From Octopus bimaculoides (Eukaryota), in NCBI RefSeq assembly GCF_001194135.2, contig NC_068991.1, positions 46,401,765 through 46,465,764 on the forward strand: a DNA stretch of 64,000 nucleotides. The letters run 5' to 3'. Of this stretch, positions 1 through 12,904 are shown in pieces. The notes under the pieces were generated by a model. The model was not told the origin of the DNA. It was given only the letters and a program-made list of their open reading frames with translations, and made no database searches. The translations under genes and the position numbers were made by a program. Each line of letters opens with the position of its first letter. The first letter of the stretch is position 1.

Positions 1-755
1 GCATTGCATCCCACAGGAGTTTTCAATTCTCATTTTCGGTGACTCCTTCTAGGGTTTGCTGGTACCATGTCTTTGCTCTTTGTATGCCGTGATTTCCAGT
101 AGATCATTCTTGCCACATTATCATGGCGTCTTTTGTATTCACTTTGTGCCAATTTCGACCATTCACTAATGATGTGCCATACCGTTTCACCCCTCTCGCC
201 ACACATTCTGCATTTATCGCTATCAGTAGTGTTGTCTATTCTGCACTTCATATAATTGGTCCTTAACGCTTATTCTTAAGCTGCGCATATGAGTGCTCCT
301 GTCTCTGTCTTCAGGTCACTCCTTCTCTCCCATAGCCACCGATCCTCTGCATGTCTTGGTGTTCACATTTCTTGCAAACTGACCGTACATTTTCTTTCCT
401 GCCATGCTTTTTCTTTTCTTTTGTTCATTTCTTGTTTAAATTTTTCTTTAGTTACACAATTTTCAGTTTTGATTACACCGGCTTTCTTCGTGTATTTCGA
501 CAGTGGGTCCACGGAATTTTTTATACCACCCTAGGCTGTTTTCTTCTGCTTCGATACTGTCCTGGCAACTGATCAAGCCTCTACCACTCTTTCTTCTGGA
601 CAAGTACAGCCTATCGGTGTCACTAAACATTTTTCTAGTCTTGGCATCCATTTTCTTCATTTCGCTTTTTTGCCATTTTATAATACCCGCTCCATACCGA
701 AGTGATGCTACCACCCACGTATTAATTGCTTGGATTTTATTCCATCCAGTCAATT
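1..755 (-). mobile_element. R4/Dong-like RLE non-LTR retrotransposon fragment (RT thumb to CCHC knuckle), degenerate
   Basis: ORF 463-753 (KIQAINTW..SLRYGAGII.W...DRLYL.R..GRGL) and ORF 30-251 (CRMCGERGETVWHIISE...YKRRHD) match the thumb and CCHC/RHD motifs of R2/R4-type elements. The 5'-truncated end abuts (TAT)n at 756-820. Confidence 0.85.
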
Positions 756-756
756 A

Positions 757-820
<64 letters not shown>

Positions 821-2139
821 CTGTCTATATCAGATCTTTCTTTTTTTTTTCCTCCGAGCATCCAAATAACAAAGGTTTCCTGATTTTGGAGTTGTTGTAT
901 ATAAGACTAAAAAACACTTTGAAAGATTGAAAATATTGTTAAGCGTAATTCGCACTAAATTTCTAATATGTGTCGCAAAAAAGAAAAATAATGTTTGTGT
1001 TGTGAATCCCAGATATATATAAATATTTATCATTTGAAGGGGCGGGAAGAAAAAACGTTAGCGTTAATGCTTTCCGGATAGGCAGTGATGTTGTACATTC
1101 CCTTTTCTTAACAGTAAATATATATAAAAATGCATGCATATGTAGACGCCATTTTAATACAAATATTTTCTCTTTCTCTACCTCTGTAACAGTCACTTTA
1201 TATCTGTTATGAATCTCCTGCTTATAAAAGTGCTTCGAAGTGAAATATGGTGTAAGGGTGATGCTAACACACACATACACAGTAAAATGGTGACATAGCA
1301 AGAGCGGGAGAGAAGAAGACACAGAGAAAAAAGAGACAGACAGACAGATAGACAAAATGGAAGACACAACACTCATCGTCAAACTACCTCAGACTCAAAC
1401 AGGCAAAGATGGAAGACGACAGAAGGATGTGACTAGGATCTACAGCCTAAGGTCATATTCCAGATCTTATAAAAATACGAATAGAAAATAGAAAATCATC
1501 AGTTAAAACACAATATAAACGATTTTAATGGGCTTTATCGTTTTTGTTTAGTTGTGAGGTTTCAAATATAATTTGGTATGTGCGTAAGCGTGACGAAGTG
1601 AGTGTATGCGTGCGTACGTGTGTGATTGTGTGCTTGTGTGTGTATGTGTGTGTGTGTGCGTGTGTGCATGTGTCTGTGAGTGTGTGTATGTGTGTGCGTG
1701 CGCGTGTGATAGTCCTACTGCAGAAATACAGCACTGCAATCACAATAAGTAACTTGGTTATTATTAATTCATTATCGTAGCCATTTCTCTGCATTCTCGT
1801 TATAAACGCAGATTCGGAGATGTACCGTATGTACCGGTGTAGAAGACGTACATTATTTATTCTTAAATGTAACCAAAAGAATTGCCATGCTTCAGATGCG
1901 ACCGTATTATGAATGAGATATCGAGTGTATGAATGCATGATGAAACATTAAATCTGTTTTTCCCACAAAATATAACTTCTTTTTTTTTTCAGAAAAAGTA
2001 GAGTCTTATGCGAGTGTGTATCTTCTACACCGGCAAATAGTGTATGAATATCTCGAAAGTGTATTCATCAATTTTATAAATATGTTAGCTGCCTTACAAG
2101 TGGCTGTGTTGAAAAATTAGCTCAGAATAAAAGTCTTAA

Positions 2140-2352
2140 TAGTAAATTCCCTTCTACTATAGACACAAGGCCTGAAATTTTAGGGGAAGGGGTAAATCGA
2201 TTACAGCGACCCCAGTTCCCAACTGGTACATATTTGATCGGCCCCAAAAGGATCAAAGACAAAGTCGACCACAGCGGAATTTAAATACAGAGCGCAAAGA
2301 TGGATGAAACGCCGCTAAGTATTTTGCTCGACGTGCTTTCTTCCAGCTCGCG
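2140..2352 (-). mobile_element. tRNA-derived SINE, family A
   Basis: Reverse complement of the family-A body (gagctgg..., gtcgactttg.ctttgatcc, ggccttgtgtctatagtagaa tail) also seen at 28692-28912 and elsewhere. Confidence 0.8.
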
Positions 2353-2444
2353 GCCTTTGTTCATTGTAGTGAATTAAAAAAACTAATATACTCTCTCACA
2401 CACGCAGAAGCATGCACATATTTACAGATCGTTATTTCTACTAA

Positions 2445-2820
2445 CATATTCGTTTTCTTGCTCCAGTCACTAGATTGAACCAATGCTGGGACAACACCTT
2501 AAGATGTTTAGTTGAATAAAACGACACTTGTACTTATTTTGAAGTCTGGTACTTGTTCTATCATGACCTTCTGCCGAAATCGAATTGCTAAGCTAAGGTG
2601 ACGTAGACAAACCAGTACCGCTTGTGGAGAGATTATAGGAGGACAAATATAAACACGCACACACACACATATATATGTGTGTGTGTGCGTGTGCGTCTGT
2701 GTGCGTGTGTATTTGCGGTAAGAAGCTTGTTTCCCAACCACATAGTTGTGTGTTCAGTCCCGACCAAAGACTCGTGAGTAGATTTGCTAGATGAAAACTG
2801 AAAGAAGCCCATCGTATATA
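2445..2820. mobile_element. SINE family B: 3' half on minus (2445-2690) and 5' half on plus (2715-2820)
   Basis: Similarity to the full copy at 40267-40698 (ggttcagtccc, gaaactgaaagaagccc). Confidence 0.7.
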
Positions 2821-2945
2821 AATAGATAGATAGATAAATATATATATATATATATATATACACACAAATATATATATACATATATACATATATATATACA
2901 TATATATATACACACACACACACATATATATATACATATATATAT

Positions 2946-2996
<51 letters not shown>

Positions 2997-3623
2997 AAGA
3001 GAGATGAAACGAATTGGCGTTTTGGATATCACTACACATGTTTTTGTAGCGAATTTTATTTAGAACACATTATATGCCTTGACATGTAACAACATGCAAC
3101 ATCATGTACCATTATGTAAAATAGTGTTTTCATAAAACGCCATTTCTTTAAGTAATATATTCTTTGAAATGTTGGGTGGGAGAGTGGGGAGTGATATGCA
3201 ACTTTGACATGATAATTTAATGAAAGGATTTAAATAATAAAGAATACCATTCGAGGAATTTTGAAATATTAGGAGTGTATATTTAAGCCAGTGACCAGTC
3301 GAATCAATATGTGTGTGTGTTTGTGCGTGTTTGTGTCAAAAGACAGTTTGCAGTTGTTATTTCTTGACAAAGATTGTGGTTAGTTATAACAATCTGCGTT
3401 AAAATATCAAAAGTTTTCATATACTATTTGACATCTTTAATCAGTGGTGTTTCTCCTTTGTTGAATTATCTTGTTATCTGCCTTAAAATCTAATCTAAAA
3501 CAAAATACATCTATTCTGAATTTCCCGATGGCTTTGGCTGTCCAAAATTATTTATCATGTGAGTATGAGAAGGTTATGTCATATTATTACAAGATAACAT
3601 TATACTTCCATAATATATTTTAA

Positions 3624-3885
3624 GTGGAGGCGCGTGGCCTAGTGGTTAGGGTGTCAGCACCATTATCGTAAGATTGTGGTTTCGATTCCTGGACCGGACA
3701 ACGCGTCGTGTTCTTGAGCAAAACACTTCATTTCACATTGCTCCAGTCCACTCAGCCGGCAAAAATGAATAACGCTGCGATGGACTGGCGTCCCGTCAAC
3801 CGGAAGTACACATACGCCACTGAAACCGGAAAACCGGACCCATGAACCTGGCTAGGCTTTAAAAGGGCGGATTTATTTTATTTTA
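3624..3885 (+). mobile_element. tRNA-derived SINE, family C (CORE-like segment, tail type 1)
   Basis: A box TGGCCTAGTGG and B box GTTTCGATTCC, then gtgttcttgagcaaaacactt (resembles the 5' part of the CORE domain), ending in a TTTA-like tail. Confidence 0.8.
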
Positions 3886-5414
3886 ATATTATTGTAAACC
3901 TAAAACTCAAAAAGTTTTAAAACTGAAGGTTCTTCAATACGAACCCGCAGTTTGACTTTAAAATAGAGACATGATCTCAAAAAATAAATAAAGTAACCAT
4001 CTTCACTACATGAGATTGTATCTTGTAGTTAACATTGACATGAAGCAGGCTTTATGATATACATTCACTTGGGTGCTTTTGTGTTTTACTCTTCTCTCGA
4101 CTTACCACTATTTCGTTGATACGACGTGGTTTGGAAGTTTCATTTCTAACAAACATGACGGCAATTGTTTTCAGAGATTAAGGATCTGTTTTATTGCTCT
4201 AGTCAATTTTTATTGGTTTTAAACTTATTTATTTTGTAATTTTTTTTTTATTAATTCTGTTGCAGGCAGATAATTTGACCATTGAGATGATGGAAGCAGT
4301 AGAAAGACAATCTTATAAATTTTCTTTTAATTTACTTTCTCTAAGTCGTGAGTTCAAATCTCGTATTAGTTACTTTTATCTAGCAGTACTCCTGTATCAA
4401 TAAAATTACAATCAGTCATATAGCATGGACAGTTCATTCAACTATGCACTCACATCTACGAGTCTTCGCCTAACGCCCAGAAAATAGCAGAAAAAGATTT
4501 TGTAACGAGATAACACCGCCAAAATATTTCGTAAGGAAAAACCAATGCGAGGAATAATAATGATAATGATATTAACTTCATTGTTTATTTAAATATATAC
4601 GAGTTCAGCATATCGGAGACCAAGATATTCTTATAATTATTCATGCAATTGCTACACTACTAAAAGTACTTAGGATTATGAACCATGTTCACACCAAACA
4701 TTTTTGTCTTTTTACCAAGCTCATATATTGCAGTGACACATACATTTCATAAGTCTGACACACCTCATAAATAATACGCTTCCCCCGTGTTCTTTATATA
4801 TATATATTTACATTTACTGTTAACATTAACCTATAGTGGTTGCTCACTTTATCAAATATTTTTAATCCTCTCGTTAACAGAATTAGCAGCCTCGTTTATC
4901 GAACATTTCGTTGTAATTTATTGCAATAACAATAAATTCTGACAGCTTTTCATTTTAGTCTTATCTTCTATCGACTTAGTTTTATCAAATACCTCATTAA
5001 TATCACGGCTGAGAGGTGGGGTGTGAGTCTTAAGGAGAGAGAAAATTAGCTCTTGGAGAGCCAAGTCCGCAAATGATGTATTTTTTTACCCCCATTTTAG
5101 AATGGAGACATGTTTATTTCTTCTACTATATTTACTACATTTGCGGTCTACCAGTGAAGTAGCTCCTATGTGGTTGTCAAACATTTTAGAAATAGTAGTC
5201 ACATCTACCTTATATTCAAAGGAAGGGGAACGTTAGATAATATAGTCCTTGATACTCAATTTCTGAGAGAATGACAGGAGAGTCATGACTAGAACGCCTT
5301 GTTCAGAACAAAACGCACACAACAATAGCAACAACACATTTGAGAAAGACTTGAATGACACATAATACTATTTATCAAAGCTTTTTTTCTGTATAAATTG
5401 TAAGAAACAATAAT

Positions 5415-5575
5415 GGACCTCCGTCGGATTTCGACGATGAGTACGCAGTTGTTCAATTAACTGATCTATTTGTTTTCTAAATTAGCACGTAATTTACTGA
5501 ATATATCTCTGATATATGTACCCTTAAGGTAATCAATGTGACACTATGTGTGACAAGGTTGCTCCTTTAAATTAC
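5415..5575 (-). mobile_element. Degenerate SINE 3' module (tail type 2)
   Basis: Aligns by eye with 21378-21550 (ctccgtc, gtgacaagg, ctttaaattacaag). Confidence 0.55.
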
Positions 5576-6383
5576 AAGTGCTTCCACATAGTTTCCATTA
5601 AACTTGTTTCCCTCACAAGGATTGGAACGATCCAACATTATGGTATGAGACACTGGCCCAAGATGCCACACAGAGAAATGGAAGCAGAAGCTTCGAGATC
5701 TCGAAGCAAAGTTCTTAATCTTTCGGCAACACATTTTATATATAGCTTGCATAGTGTTAATGTAATGTATTACTCGTAATGGTGACATGACGATGAAGAA
5801 CGCATAGGAAGAGGATAGCAAAATTGAGCTTCATCAACCTGGCTACATTACTGTTAAGAACTGCACTCTTCTATTGCTTTGTCATTTTGATTTGGTCAAC
5901 TAACAACAGTAGCCATTTTATTTTTATTTTTAAAGTTAAGAACTCTATAAAATATCATTAAATTAACAACAAAGAAAATTAGAACTGACCAACAGAAAAT
6001 CTTTATATACATATACATACAAACATACATGCATGCATTCTCACATATGCGTACACATAAATACATACAAACGTACACACAAGCATGCACACACGCACTC
6101 ACATAACTATGTATATAAACACAAACATACACCTACATCTCAAACGTATATAGACGAACCCATTATATCATTTTCCTTCCTCCCACTCTGAAATTTCGCA
6201 GTGACCTTTGCTATTCTACGGTTTTCCTTAAGCTAATTTCCCTGAATTATAATTAGCTAGATCTCCATTAACAAAAGCTTATACTTTATTAGTTCTGCAG
6301 TAATTAATCGGAACATTTTAATCAAGTTAAATTAAGTAAATGAATAACTAACGCTAGAATTTATTATATTATAGTATTTATTA

Positions 6384-7030
6384 CACTGGTAGACACATAT
6401 TCTCTGGCACAAGCTTTATCAATGGTTCTTAGCTAATTTTAGAGTGCTGAATCCAAATCTGGCATCAGATTTTGTCTATCACATCAGATTTTTTAGTCTT
6501 TTAGTTTTGCTAGAAACAGCTATTTAGTGCTCATAAAGAATTAAATATACGTAGATGCAATTTTTAATAGACAATATGTCTTTTTATTTATCTAATAAAT
6601 CAAAATACAAACTTGTGAGAGTAAATGCATATTAGTATGTAAGAATTATGCTTGCTGATAACAAAATATGAATACAAAATCTCTAGTCATTATGGTCATT
6701 CAATCTGATCATTATATTACTGCAAGAACTTCCTCTTTTTTGACGATCTCTTGTGCACAGCTTCTGAAATATCTCTCATCAAGCTCCAGCGGCAATCTGC
6801 CATCATGTTTAAGTCCCGTCGGCCTTGGTAGCGTTCTTCCAATTAATCTTACACCTTGATGAAAGTGTTCACCTTGTTATTTGCTGACATCACCCAGGTT
6901 CTCTGGAAACTCATCCAAGTGACTGTGCAAGTAATGCAATTTAACGCTCATTCTACATCCAAATGCAAGCAAACTCAAGAGCAGTTCCTCCACAATCTCT
7001 TGATAGTTGTCAGCTTTTCTGCTTCGAAGA
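6384..7030 (-). mobile_element. Chapaev3-like (CMC superfamily) DNA transposon 3' end with transposase C-terminus
   Basis: Minus translation ...MSVKLHYLHSHLDEFPENLGDVSK*QGEHFHQ..MEERYQGRRDLNMMADCRWSL...KRKFLQ* (stop near 6717). The terminus CACTG at 6384 is preceded by TTA. Superfamily assigned from recalled motifs, not from a search. Confidence 0.65.
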
Positions 7031-7110
7031 GATTTGAACTCAGATCATAATGAGCCGGGAGAAATGCCACTAGGTACTTTGTCCGACACGCTAGTAATTT
7101 TGTCAGCTCG
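7031..7110 (-). mobile_element. SINE family A 5' head fragment
   Basis: Reverse complement reads cgagctgac...ctgagttcaaat (B box). Confidence 0.6.
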
Positions 7111-7114
7111 ATCA

Positions 7115-7575
7115 CAAGGAATATTCATAATATCTCGGTAAAAGAATTCGATAAGCTTAGAAAATATAAAGATTTGCTCATTGAAATCGAAACAAAATGT
7201 GGCATTTCAAGGCGGTAACAATACCAGTGGTTGTAGTAGCATTTAGAATGATCAAAAAAGGAACTAAAAAAATTATTTTAGCGTGATCCATGGCTTATCA
7301 TTCATGCAAAAATGCAAAAGATTGTTTTAACTGGTGCGTCACACGTATTGAGAAAAACATTGTCACCGAGAGAACAATTATAGCCCACGTAAGCATTTTG
7401 TCATTTTTTCTTTTTTTCATTCTTTTTCTTTCACATAACTTGACTTTGTAAATGAACAACATGCTGTGTTTATTTTAATGGCATATCAATGAATACAGTG
7501 AATTTTTTTACCCCAAGTGGCGGAAAGACGCTCANNNNNNNNNNTGGAGGCAAAACTGAAAGAAAAAAAATTAAT
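7115..7575 (+). mobile_element. R4/Dong-like LINE 3' end (RLE C-terminus plus 3' UTR), family F1
   Basis: KEFDKLRKYKDLLIEIE.. motif and a 3' UTR shared with 7874-8685. Followed by (AAT)n at about 7580-7640. Confidence 0.8.
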
Positions 7576-7579
7576 AAAA

Positions 7580-7640
<61 letters not shown>

Positions 7641-7641
<1 letters not shown>

Positions 7642-7803
7642 GGCCGGCAATTTCTAGGTTTGGGACTAGTCGATTACTTATTTTATAAACTCCAAAAGAA
7701 TGAAAGGCAAAGTTCATCTCGGTGGAATTTGAACTCAGAACATAAAGACGGACGACATGCCGCTAAGCATTTTGTCCCTCGCAGTAAAGATTCTGCCTGC
7801 TTG
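7641..7803 (-). mobile_element. SINE family A flanked on both sides by (AAT)n
   Basis: Reverse complement contains ctgagttcaaattccacc (B box) and ctttgcctttcatt. (AAT)n lies at about 7580-7640 and 7813-7873. Confidence 0.8.
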
Positions 7804-7811
7804 GCACTTTA

Positions 7812-7873
<62 letters not shown>

Positions 7874-7874
<1 letters not shown>

Positions 7875-8685
7875 TGAGGAAAATATAGTAGACCCAAAGT
7901 ACCGATACTGCAAAGATGAAATTGAAATAGTGGACCACCTAATCTCTGAGTGTGAGGTTTTAGTACCAGTAGAGTATAAATCTAGACATGACAGAGTTGG
8001 CCAATATCTATATTGGATAATCTGTCGGCTTCATATAATCAAAACTGCTGACAAATGGTACAAGCAACATCCTGAGGCTGTAACTGAGGAATAAACTGTA
8101 ACGATTCTTTGGGGCTTTCCTGTATATACAGACCAGACCATGAATGCTAATAAACCTGATATTGTCTTGGAAGACCAAAACAATAAGGTCTGTTTATTGA
8201 TTGACATGAGCATACCTTGTGATCATATCTCGGCAAAAGAATTTGATAAGCTTAGAAAATATAAAGATTTGCTGACTGAAATCGAAAAAATGTGGCATCT
8301 CAAGACGGTTACATTACCAGTGATTGTAGGAGCACTTGGAATGATCAAATAGGGAACTGAAAATCATCTGAGGATGATCCCTAATTTACCATCCATGCAG
8401 GAAGTACAAACACTTATCTTAACTGGTACGTCACACGTATTAAGAGCATTGTCGCAGTGAATTCTCTTTCCTTTTCCTCCTTATTTTCTTCGTTTTCTTT
8501 TTTTCTCATTTTTTCTTTTTCTTCTTCTTCTTTTCTCTGTCTTCCCTTTTTTTCTATCACATGACTTCGTAAATGAACTATATGGTGTGTTTATTTTGAT
8601 GGCCTACCAATGTATTCAGTGAATTTCTTTGCCCTAGGTGTTGGGAAGACGCTTGGTAAAAAATGAACACAACATTGAAAGAAGA
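7874..8685 (+). mobile_element. 5'-truncated R4/Dong-like LINE (CCHC knuckle, RLE endonuclease, 3' UTR), family F1
   Basis: YKSRHDRVGQYLYW, KPDIVLED...LLIDMSIP...KLRKYKDL...PVIVGALG motifs. (AAT)n on both sides (7813-7873 and 8690-8747). Confidence 0.9.
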
Positions 8686-8690
8686 AGATG

Positions 8691-8746
<56 letters not shown>

Positions 8747-8747
8747 T

Positions 8748-9035
8748 GCTTCAAATTTTGACACAATTCCAGTAATTTTGATGGCTGGTGTTAGTCTGAC
8801 GATTCTGTCATAATAATTGCTAGGCTTGTGCCAATATAATAATCGTGTCTGATTTAGGCACAATACTAGCAATTTTTGAGGAAAGGAGATTAGTCGATGC
8901 CATTGAGTCGTTTTTTATTAGTACTTTATTTTATCGACCCCCAAAAGGATGAAGAGCAACAATGACTTCGGCGGCAATTGTGACTCAAAACATAAAAGGC
9001 CGGATGAAACATCGCTAAGCATCCTATGTGATGCT
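8748..9035 (-). mobile_element. Degenerate SINE family A copies
   Basis: Tail ttcaaattttgacacaa directly after (AAT)n; body ttttatcgaccccc.aaaggatgaa at about 8930-8955. Confidence 0.6.
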
Positions 9036-10289
9036 CTACCGGTTTTATCAATCTGCCAATCCAATAACATAAACAGCAGTATTATCATCATTACTATTAT
9101 TACTCATTAATAATAATATTGAGAATATTAATAGATACTTATTTTATGTAATAATCACGTAACACACTACGGAGGGCGTTCGTCTAACACCGCTTTATTA
9201 GACCTAGTTCCGCATTCTACAATTTTGTCATCCAATCAGATCTTTGTGGCTTACATAAGATGAGTAATACAGTTGAGGTCACACAGCATTGGGCTTGTTA
9301 TAATTAATCTGCCCATCCCCATTTTACAAAACTGCATTGTTACCTCGCAAACAACAGCGTTATTTATTTGTATTATTTCGTTAATTTATACGCATATTTA
9401 TTTATTTATTTATTTATTGTGTGACAATCTTGAATGTTGTTTATGTAAACCAAAAATCAGCTCACCTTTCCGACTTTATCGCTGCTGTTGCTGTTGATGC
9501 TTCTGCTTCAGTTGATCTTCTCCGTCTCCTCCTCCTTCTTCTTCTTCTTCTACAAGCTGCTGCTGCTGCTGCTGCTGCCGCCCCCCACTGTTAACCCCAC
9601 CACCACCGCTGCCACTGCTGCGGCTACTGTTGTCGTTTAGTCCAATTTTAGCCCTGCTGGAACAGACCTAATATCAATCGTCTTCAGACGATGACCAAAT
9701 CGTTATTATTCTGGGGTTTTAGTCCCCCTTTTTTTTTTCACTTTTTCCGAACAAAATTCTTCCCTGGACTGCATACTCAATTATGCTCCTCCTTTACGAC
9801 AAAACAGTGTCAATTGAGGAAGATTCAGATGTTGTTTAACACAGCCTCAAAGAATTTTCTATCTTACACAGTTTAATGACGGGCAAAGTTACCCAGGTTG
9901 GGGACCTGCTACAATAAGAAAAGAAGACAGTAACATTTGGACCAATGTATTGAATGTTGTGAGTCAAGACATCTGAATTATGTAACATTACTCGTGCATT
10001 GAGAAGATAAATATCGTTATCAGAATTACTAGTTATGGTTAAGGAACGCAATGGAGACAACCCCAAAAAATTAAAACTATCGTTAATTACAAATAGAATT
10101 TGTTGGAGAGTGACTTTGATCTCTAGAGATATGGTGGAAACTTCAGATATGTTCTGGTATTATTAGATTTCATGAGCGAGGTTTTGTTTGAATGAGTTTG
10201 ATGTAATCGGTGTAATTCGGATCAAATTTGAGTTTGACTATGACTGAATAAACAACAGATTTTTGAAGACATTAACAATTGAGCTGTCG

Positions 10290-10625
10290 AAGCAGTAGTG
10301 GTTAAAAAGTTCGCTCCACAAACACGAGGTATTGTGTTCAATCCCAACGCGTGGTATCTTGGGTGAATGTAATTCTATTTAGCCTCAGGTTAGCTGATAT
10401 TTTGTAAGTGAAATTGAATAGACGGAAACTGCATTAAAACCCGTCAAATGAATTGTACCTGTAATTTTAAAGATCATCCTTGTCACACATTGCGTCACAC
10501 TGAATTATATTATATTATGTGTATATGTTTCTGTAGAAAGCTCAGCCATTTACACTTTAATTTAGGAGGAGGTAATTGAGTTCGATCGAAGTATTGGATG
10601 TTCATCGTCGATCGACGGAGATTCA
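10290..10625 (+). mobile_element. Degenerate chimeric SINE: family-B head plus tail type 2
   Basis: gtgttcaatcccaacgcgtgg...gacggaaactgca...cccgtc is followed by ttgtacctgtaatttt...ccttgtcacacattgcgtcacactgaa...gacggag. Confidence 0.55.
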
Positions 10626-11929
10626 CTAATACCTCCACCATTGAACGGTTTATGTTAATTACAGGCTTCGGTCTTATTATTAGGATTATTCATTATTTTA
10701 TTATTAGTAAAATATTGTTTCTGTATTTATGTCCCGTAAGAGAATATAAACGTTTAAGCTGGAAAAATATTTGCTGAATATTAATAATACGAATATTAGT
10801 AATATGGGGTGAATTATAGAAAATCATTTTCATTTTGCATTTCTTAATGATATTATGAGTATATAACATTAGCCTTTAATATTATATACTAATATAATAA
10901 TATTAATCTTTAAGACCTTTAATTGCTTGTGCATCGTTATACAGGCTTTCTACGCTAATAAATTAGTTTTTATTATTTGAAATTACAAAGACTATTTTGT
11001 TCTTAAAATGCATTGTGAGTAAATGAAATTCCAATTTAATCCATAATATTAAATGTTTTGTTTTAATTTGAGTTGAAATGTATTATTATCGTAAGATGAA
11101 TATCCATCTAAAACAATCATTTTAAGGTTATTACTTATGTCAATTTTCTGATTCTCTTCATTAAATTAATGTTGTTCGCTCTTTATATCTGCTTACTGTC
11201 CAGTCCGTTAAATGTGTTAGAGATTTATAAAGGCCACTTTGAAAAGATTAGCTTTAACATGAATCAAACGAAGGACTAAACCAATAAAATTAAACAGCTC
11301 ACTGGAAGCGTTTGCTTCCGATTTCACATCGAAAAGTTTCATGTTGTTACTTTCTTTTTTCTTTTTTCTTTTGCATTTTTTTTTTATCCATATGGTATTA
11401 CTAGAGAAATTATAGACTTTGAGCATGCAGTATTTTCATGTCATTGTCTGTCATGGGAGACTATTGTCTAGTAAATTCAAAGGTTTTAAAGCTACAGGCT
11501 TCGTTATAGAAGAATAATAGTCAATCATATCAGAGCTCTGCTTATAATGGAAGTTTTAAGCAGTGCGATTATGCCAGGGTTTTAACATTGATTGTCTTTT
11601 AAACAGAAAAAACCTTGTTAATGTTATCTAAAGTGTGCTTGCAAATGATTTGTAGTTCTGTTTTAGTAGTTTTATCAAGACTTGTTGTGCACTTACTTCA
11701 GAAGTTGGTATATGGTCCTTGAAAGTGAAGCATGTTTGTTAAGAGTATGTTTTACTTTGATCTTTAAACTGGAGCCAATATTTCGCTGTTGACTCACAAT
11801 CATAATGGTGTTGGTAAGAATTCTGGGCCGATCGTCGACTTGTATCTTTTTCGACAAGGCACTTTATTTCACGCTGCTCCAGTCTATTTAGCCGTAAATG
11901 AATACCAAGCGCTACCTCATGCTCAACCC

Positions 11930-12270
11930 CTTTCTGTCTCTGTCTCTGTCTCTGTCTGTCTGTCTCTCTCTCTTTCTCTCTCTGTCTCTCTTTCTTTCTC
12001 TCTCTCTCTTTCTCGCGTCCTCTTTCTTTTCTCTCCTTCTCTCCCTCTCTTTCTCGCGCCTCTCTCTCTCTTTTCTCTCCTTCTCTCCCTCTCTTTCTCG
12101 CGCCTCTCTCTCTCTTTTCTCTCCTCTCTCTCTCTCTCTTTCTCGCGCCCTCTCTCTCTTTCTCGCGCCCTCTCTCTCTTTTGTCTCCTACTCTCTCTCT
12201 CTCTTTTTCTCGCACCCTCTCTCTCTTTTCTCTCCTTCTCTCTCTCTCTCTTTCTCTCTATCTTTCTATT
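11930..12270. repeat. Polypyrimidine (TC)n tract with a degenerate tttctcgcgcc minisatellite
   Basis: About six tttctcgc(g/a) motifs embedded in TC repeats. Confidence 0.85.
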
Positions 12271-12904
12271 TATAATTCTTTCTAGCTCTCACATTTAGGT
12301 GCCTATATACCAGAACACATAAATACCTAAACTAATTTGCGAAAGCATGGCACATGTTAGAAAAGCTTACTCGCTCATAGATGACAGATGGTTGTAATGT
12401 TCTGCTATGCTACAAAGAAAACCAGAGTGAGATAAAAAAAATTCAATATGCAAGATGAATTGTTACAGATATACATACACACACACGCACATGCATCCAT
12501 ACACATACAAATATACATACATACACACATATATATATTATTTATATAGGTGTGTGTGTGTATGTATATATGTACGCATGTATGTATATATGTACGAATG
12601 CATGTATGTATGTATGTATGTATGTATGTATATTATTTATACATGCTTAATAAATGAAACCATTATAGCTTAGATTCCGGACATGCTTTTACCATTGTTA
12701 AAACTTCTTACTGACGAACAAAACTAGGGCCAAAAGTATAGAAATAGATATATAACAATTCGTTTATGAATAATTCAGATATTTCTTATACAAGCGCGTA
12801 CTTCTGTAAATTCATAACAAAGAGATCTCGTATATAAATATTGTTCTTTTTTTTTCTACCGATCCTTTACGTGGGAAAAAATATTTTTACACGGTGCAAA
12901 CGTT

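Noticed and set aside
4265-4405. Strong plus-strand acceptor (ttgcag|g) opening ADNLTIEMMEAVERQ...
   Set aside because: No matching donor, no homology, and it runs into SINE-like sequence and a stop.
9466-9630. Minus-strand donor AAG|GTGAGC after a Gly/Ala/Arg-rich stretch
   Set aside because: The sequence is a compound triplet repeat attached to a repeat tail, with no credible acceptor.
11698-11930. Possible exons or ORFs on either strand next to the TC tract
   Set aside because: The plus-strand candidate (about 11702-11813) has stops in all frames; the minus-strand candidate has a weak acceptor and no recognisable product.
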